A stretch of 64,000 nt of DNA from Candidatus Zhuqueibacterota bacterium (GTDB lineage Bacteria > Zhuqueibacterota > Zhuqueibacteria > Thermofontimicrobiales > Thermofontimicrobiaceae): NCBI GenBank assembly GCA_049322915.1, contig JBMOPW010000007.1, forward strand, positions 64,001 through 128,000. Reading direction: 5' to 3'. The notes under the pieces are model-generated. The model searched no databases. It was not told the DNA's origin and worked only from the letters and a program-made list of their open reading frames with translations. The translations under genes were made by a program, and so were the position numbers. Positions 8,432-18,462 of this stretch are shown here, piece after piece (the first letter of the stretch is position 1; the number at the start of each line of letters is the position of its first letter).

Positions 8432-9646
8432 ATGTCCGAACGAGTTCATATCACTATCATCGGCGCCGGGGTGGTCGGTTGCGCCATTGCCTACCAGCTA
8501 TCCAAAATTTACAACGACGTCATCGTGGTGGAGAAAAATCCGAAAGTGACGGCGGAGAATCAGTCCTCGCGGAATTCCGGCGTGGTTCACGCCGGGGTCT
8601 ATTATCCCAGAGACCTGGGTCGGCTGAAAGGCGAACTGTGCGTGAAAGGAAATGGCATGCTCTACGATTTCTGCCGCGAATTCGATGTGCCCATTCACCA
8701 GACCGGCAAGCTGATCGTTGCCACAAAGGAACAGGAGATCGATTTTTTGGAGGATACGCTTCGCATTGCCAGGGAAAACATGGTGCCCGGAGCGCGGCGC
8801 ATTTCAGCGGACGAGGCGAAGAAAATGGAGCCCAATATCCGCTGCCTCAGCGCGGCCTTTTTCCCAACGTCGGGAATCGTGGAGGTCACGCAATTGGTCT
8901 ATCGGCTGTTCACGCTGGCGACCAACCAGGAAGCGTTCTTCCTCACCAACACCCGGGTCGTGGCCATCAAGCCCCGGGACAGTTATTTCGAAATACAGAC
9001 AGAAGCGGGCCAGGCGACAGAGATTTTTGAGACGGATATTTTGATCAATTCTGCAGGACTGTACTCCGATGAGATCGCGAAAAAAGTGAATCCTGACTGT
9101 CGTTTCGAAATCAATCCCATTCGCGGCGAGGCGGTGAAATTTCTCAAAACGAGGCGAGCGGATATTTTTCATCATGGCCTCAATATTTATCCGGTGCCGC
9201 ATCCCATTTACCCGGACGGAACAAAAGCTGAGGTGTCGTTTCAGGAATTTCAACGGCTCTTTCACAGCAAACAAGTGCTGAAAACAGTCGGGGTGCATGT
9301 GACGCCGACCTTCGACATCAGCGACGGTCGCTATGAAATTGGCAACACCGTGACTATCGGCCCGGCCACGAAAGGCGTCCTCGACAGAGAGGACAATGCG
9401 TCGGATCTGCTGCCGCCGGAATTGTACCTGAATCGGGTGCAGTCTTTTTTCCCCAACCTTCGGCTGGATGATATTTCCCTGCATCAGGCCGGGGTGCAGG
9501 CGAAATTGAAGAACTATTTCGACTGGGTCATTGAACCGGATGAAAAACATCCCCGGTGCATTCAACTCATTGGAATCGATTCGCCCGGTCTGACAAGCTG
9601 CCTGGCCATTGCCAACTATGTGGCGGATTTGGTCGCTGCCATGTGA
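8432..9646 (+). CDS. FAD-dependent oxidoreductase, L-2-hydroxyglutarate oxidase (LhgO/DAO)-like
   Basis: IIGAGVVG Rossmann motif, SSRNSGVVHAG, INSAGLYSD, GIDSPGLTSCLAIA. Confidence 0.85.
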   Translation: MSERVHITIIGAGVVGCAIAYQLSKIYNDVIVVEKNPKVTAENQSSRNSGVVHAGVYYPRDLGRLKGELCVKGNGMLYDFCREFDVPIHQTGKLIVATKEQEIDFLEDTLRIARENMVPGARRISADEAKKMEPNIRCLSAAFFPTSGIVEVTQLVYRLFTLATNQEAFFLTNTRVVAIKPRDSYFEIQTEAGQATEIFETDILINSAGLYSDEIAKKVNPDCRFEINPIRGEAVKFLKTRRADIFHHGLNIYPVPHPIYPDGTKAEVSFQEFQRLFHSKQVLKTVGVHVTPTFDISDGRYEIGNTVTIGPATKGVLDREDNASDLLPPELYLNRVQSFFPNLRLDDISLHQAGVQAKLKNYFDWVIEPDEKHPRCIQLIGIDSPGLTSCLAIANYVADLVAAM

Positions 9647-9697
9647 GCCGCGCCTTCGCCGCCGGGAGCCATGACGCGAATTTCACCGGCGCCGGCA

Positions 9698-10858
9698 TCA
9701 GAACGGCAATGTCGCCTTTTGGTGGTAATACGATTCGAGGAGCTTCTTCGACAGAGCGTCGTCATTCTTCCGAAGTCCTTCATAAAAGAAAAATACCTCT
9801 CCGCAATAGCCCTTCTCCCTGTTGTAGGCCAATTTCTGCATGAGCAATTCTTCGCTGATGGTGTAATCGCCGACATTCATCAAAATGCCGGGGAAGATAA
9901 TTTTGTCGCCGGGCTGAGTCGCCAACTCCGCTGGTATCAGTGTATTCACAGTCGATTTGTAGTCAGCGAGATTGTAGCGGTAGCACTGGGGAATCACGAT
10001 GTCGGCGTCGCCATTCTGCAGCCAGGCTGGCCAGTCCTGCAGATATTCATCATAACACCACGGGTAAATGGAGGGCGCCCAGGAGATGATGAGATTCGAT
10101 TTGAGCGCGTTCACTTCAGCGTACAGGCGATGGGCGAATTGACTCAGTCTGTCCGCGCGCCAGCGCTGCCAGGCCGGATCTCTGAAATCATCCGGCGGAG
10201 CTGCGCCATTGTGCTCCGCGCGGAACAGGCTGTCGGTATGGGCTGAGTAGCCGCCTTCAATGGGCTGGGCCGGCAGCCGGTCGTCGCCCTGCACGCCATC
10301 CACGTCGTAATGGCTGGCCACCTCCTTCACCAGAGATAACAGGAATTGCTGCACCTCGGCGTGATAGCCATTCATCCACTCGAATCCATTTTTGGTGAGC
10401 AATCCACCGCGGCTATCCGCTGCTGCCCAATGTGGCTTCGCCTTCAGAATGTCCCCGCCGTTTTTTTGATAGGATGCGGCGAAACCGTATTCGAACCAGG
10501 GAATGACGGCGATGCCCCGCTGATGCGCTTCTTCGATCACCTCCTGCAACGGATCGCGGCCGGCATAACGGGGATCGATGGGCAGGCCGAAGAGGCTGTC
10601 CATCACCTGACTGGGAAAGAGAGTTACAGCGTCGTTCCACACCACAGGGAACACGGCGTTAAAATGGTGATCAGCCAAAAATTGCATGGCCGCGCGAATC
10701 GATTCCCGCGAGTCCAGCACGCGACTGTCGACGTTGGTGAGCCAGATGCCGCGCAGTTCTTCGGGGGCCGGCTCGTCGGTTGCGGGGGCGTCGGCGTTCG
10801 GGCATGACGTGAACAGCCACAGCATCGGGAGAAGAGCAAGCATTATCGTCTTTTTCAA
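9698..10858 (-). CDS. GHL10 (family 10-like, YddW/DigH/YngK type) glycoside hydrolase lipoprotein
   Basis: ELRGIWLTNVDS, RDPLQEVIEEAHQRGIAVIPWFEYG, YDVDGVQGDD, LQDWPAW, PQCY. Probable TTG start at 10858 gives MKKTIMLALL...FTSC lipobox (alternative GTG at 10915). Confidence 0.85.
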   Translation of the reverse strand: MKKTIMLALLPMLWLFTSCPNADAPATDEPAPEELRGIWLTNVDSRVLDSRESIRAAMQFLADHHFNAVFPVVWNDAVTLFPSQVMDSLFGLPIDPRYAGRDPLQEVIEEAHQRGIAVIPWFEYGFAASYQKNGGDILKAKPHWAAADSRGGLLTKNGFEWMNGYHAEVQQFLLSLVKEVASHYDVDGVQGDDRLPAQPIEGGYSAHTDSLFRAEHNGAAPPDDFRDPAWQRWRADRLSQFAHRLYAEVNALKSNLIISWAPSIYPWCYDEYLQDWPAWLQNGDADIVIPQCYRYNLADYKSTVNTLIPAELATQPGDKIIFPGILMNVGDYTISEELLMQKLAYNREKGYCGEVFFFYEGLRKNDDALSKKLLESYYHQKATLPF

Positions 10859-10904
10859 ATCGAAAATCCTTTCTGTTTGAGTCACACTGGCTTGATTCGT
10901 TGCC

Positions 10905-12728
10905 TCACAGCCCAACCGGCAGCCGGTGAAATGGGTCGAAAATCCAATCGATCAGCAGGGCAACATCCTTCCGCCGGATGCTGTCCTCCGGCCGGAATGC
11001 CCGGCGATGGCGGTATTCCCGGAACCAGGACAGTCCTTCGAAACAGGTCTGCCATCGGGCGCTATCCTCGCTGTCGGACAATTTTTCGGGATGGAGATGA
11101 AGGAAGATCAGCGCAAATGCGCCGTCGAACGTCAATTCCGCAGGCAGCGATGGGAACTCATGGGGAAACGGCAGGTTTTGCTGCGAAGCCAGGTTCAACG
11201 CTGACCACACCTCCTGGCCGGTCATCGGCGTTTCCGGATGGAATCGCATTTCATTGGCCCAGTCTTTGGAAATGAGTTGCCCCTGCAGAATACCGCACAG
11301 CCCGATGCGCTGCACCGATTGGAACTCCGGCGCATCCGGCGGGACGTCGCAAAACGGCATGAGCCAGCAACCGGCGTCCAGCAGCGTCTGCTGCAATTGC
11401 CGGACATTCAGCGCCCGCGGCTGAACCCGTTCCCGGATGCACAGCGCGGCGCACGCGCCGGCGGCCTGACCGATTTGCATCACCACCGGCTGCAATCGCG
11501 TGCAGCCATTCACGAGATGGGTGACGGAGATGCTTTTCTCGGCGATGACAAGCCCATCCACCGAGGCCGGGATCAGGCAGCCAAACGGCACGTTGAATGC
11601 CGGGATGTCGGGAAAATTTTCGGTGACCCTGCGGGGCGCTTTTTTATGATGATGATCCAGCGGATAGTCTCCCACTGCAATTCCAGTCTTGTAGGCTTCG
11701 AACTGATACGGGGCAACGAGCTCGCGCGTGGTCAGCCGGCGAATCCCTTTCACCCGCCTGCTCTCGCGATGATACGGGATGAGCGGCAGACGATCGGGCG
11801 TGGGGAATTCATCGTCGGCCAGGCCAAGCCGGGTCCTTCCCAGTTCTGTCTGGAGAAAATAGACGCAGCCCAGCGTGAATTGCTTGGCTTTTTCCAGTTC
11901 GGCGATTCGCTCCGGCCGACTCATTTCGATGATGTTCAAATAAAAGTCATTGCCGGAATTGGGCCAGTTGAGCATGTATTTGTCCCCGGGCAAACGGCCG
12001 TAGTTGAGCATGGTCTGGCAATCGACGCCGGCCTGCTGCGAATCGCTCGCCTCGCGGCAGATGCCCGTGTAATGCTTCGGATCGTAGCGGGCAGGCCGGG
12101 GAAGAGTCAAATCCGCGCCAGGGCCGAAGTCCTTCAAAATGGCCACATAGGTCAGATCCTGAATGAAATCGTCCGCCTGTTCCGGCGCTTCCGGCTCGCC
12201 AGTGTCTTTTTGGGCGTCGCGTCCCAGATCGTAGTCGCAGCCGGCCAGCGCCAGAATATCACCGCATTCCGTGGCGTCGATGGTGATCGTCGCATTGACA
12301 ATGATTCGGTCGCCGGTCTGATTTTCAAAAATCGCGCCGCGGACTGTCTCGTCCTCTTTCAAAATAGCCTTCGGAAAAAAACCGAAATGGAGCGAGATGG
12401 CCGGATGAGCGCGGGCCATGTCTTCCAAAATGGCGCGGCCCACATGCGGTTCAAAAAGCGTGTGACTCACCCAGCCGGTGGCCAGGGCCTCCGGCCCCCC
12501 ATAATGGGCGTACAGCGCCTCCCTGAATTCGCCCCACAGTCCGGAAGGCAGCTTATGGTTGCCGTCGATGGCGCTCACCCCGGCTGAGGTGAGCATGCCT
12601 CCCAACCACGGCGTTTCTTCCATCAAAACGACGGTGACGCCGGATCGCGCCGCCTGAATGGCCGCGCAGACACCGCTGGCGCCGCCGCCGGCGACCAGCA
12701 CATCTGTTTTCAAGTCCATCGGTTTCAT
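10905..12728 (-). CDS. FAD-dependent oxidoreductase (FAD_oxidored / PF12831-type)
   Basis: DVLVAGGGASGVCAAIQAAR, WLGGMLTSAGV, IDATECGD, YHRESRR, RLQPVVMQIGQAAG. Start trimmed to MKPMDLKT. Confidence 0.85.
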   Translation of the reverse strand: MKPMDLKTDVLVAGGGASGVCAAIQAARSGVTVVLMEETPWLGGMLTSAGVSAIDGNHKLPSGLWGEFREALYAHYGGPEALATGWVSHTLFEPHVGRAILEDMARAHPAISLHFGFFPKAILKEDETVRGAIFENQTGDRIIVNATITIDATECGDILALAGCDYDLGRDAQKDTGEPEAPEQADDFIQDLTYVAILKDFGPGADLTLPRPARYDPKHYTGICREASDSQQAGVDCQTMLNYGRLPGDKYMLNWPNSGNDFYLNIIEMSRPERIAELEKAKQFTLGCVYFLQTELGRTRLGLADDEFPTPDRLPLIPYHRESRRVKGIRRLTTRELVAPYQFEAYKTGIAVGDYPLDHHHKKAPRRVTENFPDIPAFNVPFGCLIPASVDGLVIAEKSISVTHLVNGCTRLQPVVMQIGQAAGACAALCIRERVQPRALNVRQLQQTLLDAGCWLMPFCDVPPDAPEFQSVQRIGLCGILQGQLISKDWANEMRFHPETPMTGQEVWSALNLASQQNLPFPHEFPSLPAELTFDGAFALIFLHLHPEKLSDSEDSARWQTCFEGLSWFREYRHRRAFRPEDSIRRKDVALLIDWIFDPFHRLPVGL

Positions 12729-12900
12729 CTCAAAAGAATTATACTTGAATTTTTTGATTAAACAACTTATATTTGGAAGTGAATTTTTCAATGCCAATCC
12801 ATCGCGCGGATGCGCCGGGATTCCCGGACCCGACGCCGAAAGTGCACCGCGTAAATTAAGGATTTCCGGCATAAAAATCAAAAGAAAAATCAAGGTGTGG

Positions 12901-14214
12901 ATGAGACATTCAGATTTACTTCGAATCCCATGGCTTGTCTGGACGCTGCTGATGTTCGCGTGCAGTCCGCCGGTCAGACATTTCTCTCTCAATGATTTCT
13001 GCTCTCCTCAATGCATCAAAGACAATCGTGAAAAATTCGAGCGTGATTTAATCAGCGACACGATTCACCCGAATCTGTCCCTGCCACTGAATGCGGAGAA
13101 CGAGCCGCAGTGGGAGTCGGCGTTCTGGGCGATGGAGCTCATGCTGTACCGATCCGACAGCCTCAAAGAGCGGCTGCGGATGGGATTGGCTGATTTTGAA
13201 AACCGCTCCGATTCGTTCCGGCGCGCCATTTTGGAAGCAGCGTATTGCCTGTATCCTGCTGATTTTTCCGCTGAAATGGAAGCGATCGCCCGGCAGACCC
13301 GGCATCCCAAACTGTTTGCCATGGCCGCGCTGTACGTCACGCGGAATGCCCCGGCTCGTACATCCGAGTTCGAACGTCTGCTGAAAACGCAATTCCCTGA
13401 TCAACTCGACCATCCCATTATTTCGCGATTGCAGCGCTCGCTCGCAGCGACGGCGCCGGACAACGTCGCGGAGCGACCACCGCTGTCGGAACTGCTGCGC
13501 CATTCGTTCGTCGTCGGAAAGCCGGTCATTTTCAGCATGCAGCGACAGAACCGGGATTATCCGGGCTTGGTCATCATAAAGAAAGCGGACGGGGCATTTG
13601 TGCGAAATGCGGATGGCGCTATTTTTCACGTGTCCCAGCTTGCCCGCTCCATCTCCAACCTGCCGGGCTACATCACCAATGGCAGCACGCCGCAGGGCGT
13701 CTTTTCAATTCAGGGGATCGGCCAGTCCGACAATGATTTCATCGGCCCTTCGCCCAACATCCAATTAGTCATGCCGTGGGAAGCGCCGGTGAGCCAGTAC
13801 TTCCACGGCAACGCTGGCTTGGGTTCTGCCTGGTCCCGGGATATTTACCAGGGTCTGCTACCTGATTCCTGGAAGGAATACGCGCCCATTTACGAGGCGT
13901 TCGACGCCGGTGCGGCAGGTCGGACCGAAATCATCGCCCATGGTACGACGATCAATCCGGAATTTTACAGAGGCCTGCCCTGGTTTCCCAATACTCCCTC
14001 CCTGGGCTGTCTGACAGCCCTGGAATTCTGGTCGGCTGAGACCGGGCGCACTATTTACAGCGATCAGATTGCGCTCGTGAGCGCATTCCTCTCCGCCGGC
14101 AGCGAGACTGGCTTTCTGGTCGTCGTGGAAATTGACGCGCAAAATCGTCCTGTGGCCATCGAAGATGTCATCGTGGACGTCTTGCAGCCTGAACATGCAC
14201 ATCCCGTGTACTGA
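12901..14214 (+). CDS. Lipoprotein with C-terminal L,D-transpeptidase (YkuD)-like motif
   Basis: Start MRHSD at 12901, lipobox MFAC. TPQGVFSI and AHGTT-x-PSLGCL resemble the YkuD His/Cys catalytic motif. Confidence 0.6.
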   Translation: MRHSDLLRIPWLVWTLLMFACSPPVRHFSLNDFCSPQCIKDNREKFERDLISDTIHPNLSLPLNAENEPQWESAFWAMELMLYRSDSLKERLRMGLADFENRSDSFRRAILEAAYCLYPADFSAEMEAIARQTRHPKLFAMAALYVTRNAPARTSEFERLLKTQFPDQLDHPIISRLQRSLAATAPDNVAERPPLSELLRHSFVVGKPVIFSMQRQNRDYPGLVIIKKADGAFVRNADGAIFHVSQLARSISNLPGYITNGSTPQGVFSIQGIGQSDNDFIGPSPNIQLVMPWEAPVSQYFHGNAGLGSAWSRDIYQGLLPDSWKEYAPIYEAFDAGAAGRTEIIAHGTTINPEFYRGLPWFPNTPSLGCLTALEFWSAETGRTIYSDQIALVSAFLSAGSETGFLVVVEIDAQNRPVAIEDVIVDVLQPEHAHPVY

Positions 14215-14224
14215 GGTGAACCCA

Positions 14225-15706
14225 ATGATCGAGACGATTCAGATAATTCTGCTCCTCATCCTGTTTCTTGTCATGGCGCTGTCCATGTTCTTCCGAAAAA
14301 TTCCCGCCCTCATTGCGCTGCCACTGATGGCGTTCTTCATCCCGATCATCAGCGGCGTTTCGCTGAACGATACCATTCAGCTCGTCGTTGGTCAGGGTTC
14401 GCTGAAACTGCACAACGCCTACACCGTGGCGCTGTTCGGGAGTATGTTGAGCATCTTGCTGCAGAAGACGAAAGTCGCGGATAACTTCATCAAAAAAGGC
14501 GCGGAGCTGGCCGGGGACAATCCCTGGATCATCGCGGTGATTTTGCTTTCACTCATCATGCTGCTGTTCACCACTCTGGGCGGGCTCGGCGCGATCATCA
14601 TGGTGGCCACGGTGGTGCTGCCCATCATGTCATCCGTGGGCATGAGTCCCAAAACCGTGGTCGGGATTTTTTTGATCGGATTGAGCATGGGCGGAATTTT
14701 GAACGCCGGCAACTGGGCGGTGTACGTCGATGTGATGGGCCTGTCGCTGAGCCAGGTGCGGCCGTTTGCGCTCATCATGTTTGGCATCACCTATGTGATG
14801 GCGCTGATTTACATCACTGTCCAGCTTTATCGCGACGGCCAGGATTTGAAGCTGAAGAAAATTTTGGGGTACAGTCTGAGCGGCATCGCCGGGATCGTCA
14901 TGCTGGCTCTGGCCTATTCGCATCTCAGTCCCGAGATTCGGTTGGTTCTGCAACAGGCGCTTCGGGTGATGGGACGCGCGCTCAAAATCGGCATCGGGGC
15001 CGGTATGGCATTCCTCTTCGTTTACAGTGGCCTCAAAACTGTGGCGCTCAAATCCGTGCCGGAGAAGGACATCCTTTGGACGGCCTATTTCTCGCCGGTC
15101 ATCCCTCTGTTTTTAATTTTAATTTTCAATATGAATTTCATCGCCGCATTCATCTGCGGCTTGCTGTTTGGCTTTGTGGCCACCTTTCGCTCCGGACGGT
15201 TGAACGTGCTCGTCCAGTCCATTCTGGAGGGCGGCGCAGTCGTCATGCCGGCTGTGGCGTTGATGCTGGGAATCGGGATGCTGCTGAATGCCATCATGGG
15301 CCCGGGCGGCGACTGGAACCAATCCCACCCGGCCGGCTGGCCGGTGCTCAATTTGCTTCAGCCGCTGCTGGCGCATATCATCCCGTCGAATGGGTTGATG
15401 TACATTGTGATATTCGGACTCGCTTCGCCGTTGGCCCTGTACCGCGGGCCATTGAATGTCTGGGGAATGGGCTATGGCCTGGCCGCGGTGTTTTTGGCCA
15501 GCGGCATGGTTCCCGGCGCGGTGATGGGATTGCTGATGGCCGTGGGTCAGGTGCAGGGAATCTGCGATCCCACCAATACGCACAATGTCTGGCTCGCCAA
15601 TGAAATGCAGGTGGATGTTCAAAAAGTGCTGTGGAATGCCATCCCCTATGCCTGGGCTGTGGCCGTGACCGGGCTGATATTTTCAGCATTGCTTTTTTAC
15701 TCGTGA
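14225..15706 (+). CDS. Integral membrane transporter (IT superfamily; citrate/GntP-like)
   Basis: Many hydrophobic helices, IKKGAELAGD, CDPTNTHNVW. Start MIETIQ follows a GAGGTG RBS. Confidence 0.75.
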   Translation: MIETIQIILLLILFLVMALSMFFRKIPALIALPLMAFFIPIISGVSLNDTIQLVVGQGSLKLHNAYTVALFGSMLSILLQKTKVADNFIKKGAELAGDNPWIIAVILLSLIMLLFTTLGGLGAIIMVATVVLPIMSSVGMSPKTVVGIFLIGLSMGGILNAGNWAVYVDVMGLSLSQVRPFALIMFGITYVMALIYITVQLYRDGQDLKLKKILGYSLSGIAGIVMLALAYSHLSPEIRLVLQQALRVMGRALKIGIGAGMAFLFVYSGLKTVALKSVPEKDILWTAYFSPVIPLFLILIFNMNFIAAFICGLLFGFVATFRSGRLNVLVQSILEGGAVVMPAVALMLGIGMLLNAIMGPGGDWNQSHPAGWPVLNLLQPLLAHIIPSNGLMYIVIFGLASPLALYRGPLNVWGMGYGLAAVFLASGMVPGAVMGLLMAVGQVQGICDPTNTHNVWLANEMQVDVQKVLWNAIPYAWAVAVTGLIFSALLFYS

Positions 15707-15811
15707 GCCCTGTCCGGCGAAACGGATGCGGGCGATTTTCCCGGCACGATTGGCAGTTTTTGCGCACCAAGATTCATCGAGTATCAACGAACCTAATTTA
15801 ATATGAGAAAC

Positions 15812-16127
15812 GTCATTGCTCAGGTTTCAGGTTTAAAGGTTTCAGGTTCCGGGTTAAAAAATTTTCGTCGCTATTCAGGCATATAGTCTTGCCACGAAGT
15901 CGCCAAACCACCAAGTGACACGAAGATGTCATATTATTCATTCGTATTTGGTGAGATTCAATTTTTCTTAAACTAAGTTCAGCTTTTCAGAATCGATAAT
16001 TTTGATGTATCTTTTTTTTCGTGCCTTTGAGACTTGGTGGCTGAACAGATACGAATAGTCATTTACAAAATATACATAATGAAATGATTCTAACCTTGAA
16101 CCCTGAACCAGCCAACCTGAGAGTTAC
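15812..16127. mobile_element. Degenerate GTAA-type MITE with heptamer arms and a probable nested element (15867-16052)
   Basis: Ends GTCATTGCTCAGGTT / AACCTGAGAGTTAC. Flanks TGAGAAAC (15804-15811) and CGAGAAAC (16128-16135). Inner ends GTCGCTATTCAG / CTGAACAGATAC. Confidence 0.7.
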
Positions 16128-16257
16128 CGAGAAACATAAAATCAAGGTGAATCGTCTTTGTTTTTGAAACCGAAAGCCAGTCGCCAATAGCCAATCGCGA
16201 ATTCACGTTTCTTGAAAGTTACGTTCTTTCTGGATAAAAGACAAGCGCAGCGATCTC

Positions 16258-18402
16258 ATGAGAAAAATCAAAATAGGAATCGATGTCGGCGGGACATTCA
16301 CGCACGCTGTGGCCGTGGATATTTCGGATTACAGCATTGTCGGTAAGGCCTGCGTCCCGACAACCCACACGGCCGGCGAGGGTGTGGCTCGCGGCGTCAT
16401 TTTATCTCTCGAAAAATTATTGTCAGAAGCCCATATCGCGCCGGCGGAAGTGATTCTGATCGCCCATTCCACGACTCAGGCGACCAATGCGCTGCTGGAA
16501 GGCGACGTCGCTGCGGTGGGCGTCATTGGAATGGGTCGGGGTTTTGAAGGCGCACTCGCGCGAAAACAGACCAATCCGCAGCACATCCCATTGGCGCCGG
16601 GTAAATTTCTCAGGACATGCTTCGCTTACGTGGATGTGAGCCAGCGGCCATCGGTCGCGACGATTCAATCGGCGATCAACGGCCTCGTGGAGCAGGGCGC
16701 AGAGGTGATTGTGGCGTCCGAGGCGTTTGGCGTGGACGATCCGACCCATGAAGATCTGGTCGTGACGATTGCGTCGGACATGGGATTGCTGGCCACGGCA
16801 GCGAGCCGCATTTCCAAATTGTACGGTCTGCGCATTCGGACGCGGACGGCGGTGTTCAACGCCAGCATGATGCCCAAAATGCTGGAGACGGCGAACATGA
16901 CCGAAGCTTCGGTGCGAAAGAGCGGCATCAATGCGCCGTTGATGATCATGCGATCCGATGGCGGCATCATGGACATCAATGAAATGCGGAAGCGGCCTAT
17001 TTTGACCATGCTGTCCGGCCCGGCGGCCGGCGTGGCGGCTGCGCTGATGTACGTGAAAGTTTCCGACGGAATTTTCATCGAGGTCGGAGGCACATCGACC
17101 GATATTTCGGTGATCAAGAACGGCAAGCCGCAGATCAAAAGCGCCCAGATCGGCGGCAATCGGCTCTACCTTCGCACGCTGGATGTGCGCACGCTGGGCA
17201 TTGCCGGCGGTTCGATTCCTCGCGTTCAGAACAATGAAATTGTCGATGTGGGTCCCCGCAGCGCGCACATCGCCAATTTGCACTACATCGCCTATAGCGG
17301 GCAGACCGATTGGGACGATGTCGAATTGCTGAAAATCCAGCCGCGTCCCGGCGACCCGGACGACTATCTGGCTATCACTATCCCCGGCCGGAGCGACGAC
17401 CGATATGCGTTGACTCCGACGGAAGCCGCTCATTTCCTGGGCGCTGCTGAATTCGCCGGCAATTCCGCCGCGGTGCAGCGCATTGTCGCGCTGGTGGCTC
17501 AGAAATTGAATAGCACCGGCGAAGCGTTAGCCAGGCGGATTCTGGCGCTAGCCGCTGAGAAAATCAAGCCGGTCATCAGGCAGCTCAGTCGCGAGTACAA
17601 GCTGGATTCGGACCTGATTCAATTCGTCGGCGGCGGGGGAGGCGCGCCGGTGCTGGTACCGCACACCGCGCAGCACATGGGAGTTGATTTTAGAATTGCC
17701 GAAAACACCGAGGTCATTTCCGCCATTGGCGTTGCCCTGGGCATCATCCGCGACTCTGTGGAGCGAAGCATCGTCAATCCCACGGATGCGGAGATCATGG
17801 CCATTCGGCAGGAGGCTGCTGCGTCGGTGCAGGCCATGGGCGCTGCGCCGGAGAGCATTGAAGTGACCATTGAAGTGGACAACCGGAACAAACGGCTGAT
17901 TGCCGTGGCCACTGGCTCCAGCGAACTGCGCACGCGCGATGTGCACGTCAAAGCGCTGACTGAGGATGACGCGCTGCGATTGGCGGCGGCCTCTTTGAAG
18001 ACAGACGTGAGCCGGGTGAAGATCGCGGCGCGGACATCGTTCCTGCTCGCCGTCTCGACGGTGTTCACCCAAAAACGCCTGTGGGGCCTGGTGAAAACCA
18101 CGACCGAGAAAATTCGCGCCGTCGATCGCGAGGGCGTTATCAAGCTGCAAATCCAGGATGGCGTCGTGGTTCAGACGGATGCGGCCGCTGTGAAATCCGC
18201 CATTCAGCATGTCATCGAAAATCTCACCATATACGGCGACGCCGGCGCGCTGGTGCCGGATGTGTATGTGTTAGTGGCCGGGAAAATAAACGATTTGACC
18301 GGGCTGGTGAAAGAATCTCAGATTATGATCCTGGTGGATATGGAAATGAAGTCCGTTCCATCGGATGAGCCGGTGATTGTTATCGCAGCTAAAAAGAAAT
18401 GA
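16258..18402 (+). CDS. Hydantoinase/oxoprolinase A-family (ASKHA ATPase fold) protein
   Basis: [46 protein letters not shown]. Confidence 0.88.
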   Translation: MRKIKIGIDVGGTFTHAVAVDISDYSIVGKACVPTTHTAGEGVARGVILSLEKLLSEAHIAPAEVILIAHSTTQATNALLEGDVAAVGVIGMGRGFEGALARKQTNPQHIPLAPGKFLRTCFAYVDVSQRPSVATIQSAINGLVEQGAEVIVASEAFGVDDPTHEDLVVTIASDMGLLATAASRISKLYGLRIRTRTAVFNASMMPKMLETANMTEASVRKSGINAPLMIMRSDGGIMDINEMRKRPILTMLSGPAAGVAAALMYVKVSDGIFIEVGGTSTDISVIKNGKPQIKSAQIGGNRLYLRTLDVRTLGIAGGSIPRVQNNEIVDVGPRSAHIANLHYIAYSGQTDWDDVELLKIQPRPGDPDDYLAITIPGRSDDRYALTPTEAAHFLGAAEFAGNSAAVQRIVALVAQKLNSTGEALARRILALAAEKIKPVIRQLSREYKLDSDLIQFVGGGGGAPVLVPHTAQHMGVDFRIAENTEVISAIGVALGIIRDSVERSIVNPTDAEIMAIRQEAAASVQAMGAAPESIEVTIEVDNRNKRLIAVATGSSELRTRDVHVKALTEDDALRLAAASLKTDVSRVKIAARTSFLLAVSTVFTQKRLWGLVKTTTEKIRAVDREGVIKLQIQDGVVVQTDAAAVKSAIQHVIENLTIYGDAGALVPDVYVLVAGKINDLTGLVKESQIMILVDMEMKSVPSDEPVIVIAAKKK

Positions 18403-18462
18403 CGATCCGGCAGCATTCGATTTCCGCCGGCGCAATTCACCGATGAAAAACAAAGGGCTATC

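Noticed and set aside
11238..12587. Long antisense ORFs (also 22249-23628, 39985-41097, 16423-17433, 19879-20925, 63267-63989)
   Set aside because: They mirror well-supported genes on the other strand, show no family motifs, and are expected from codon bias at this GC content.
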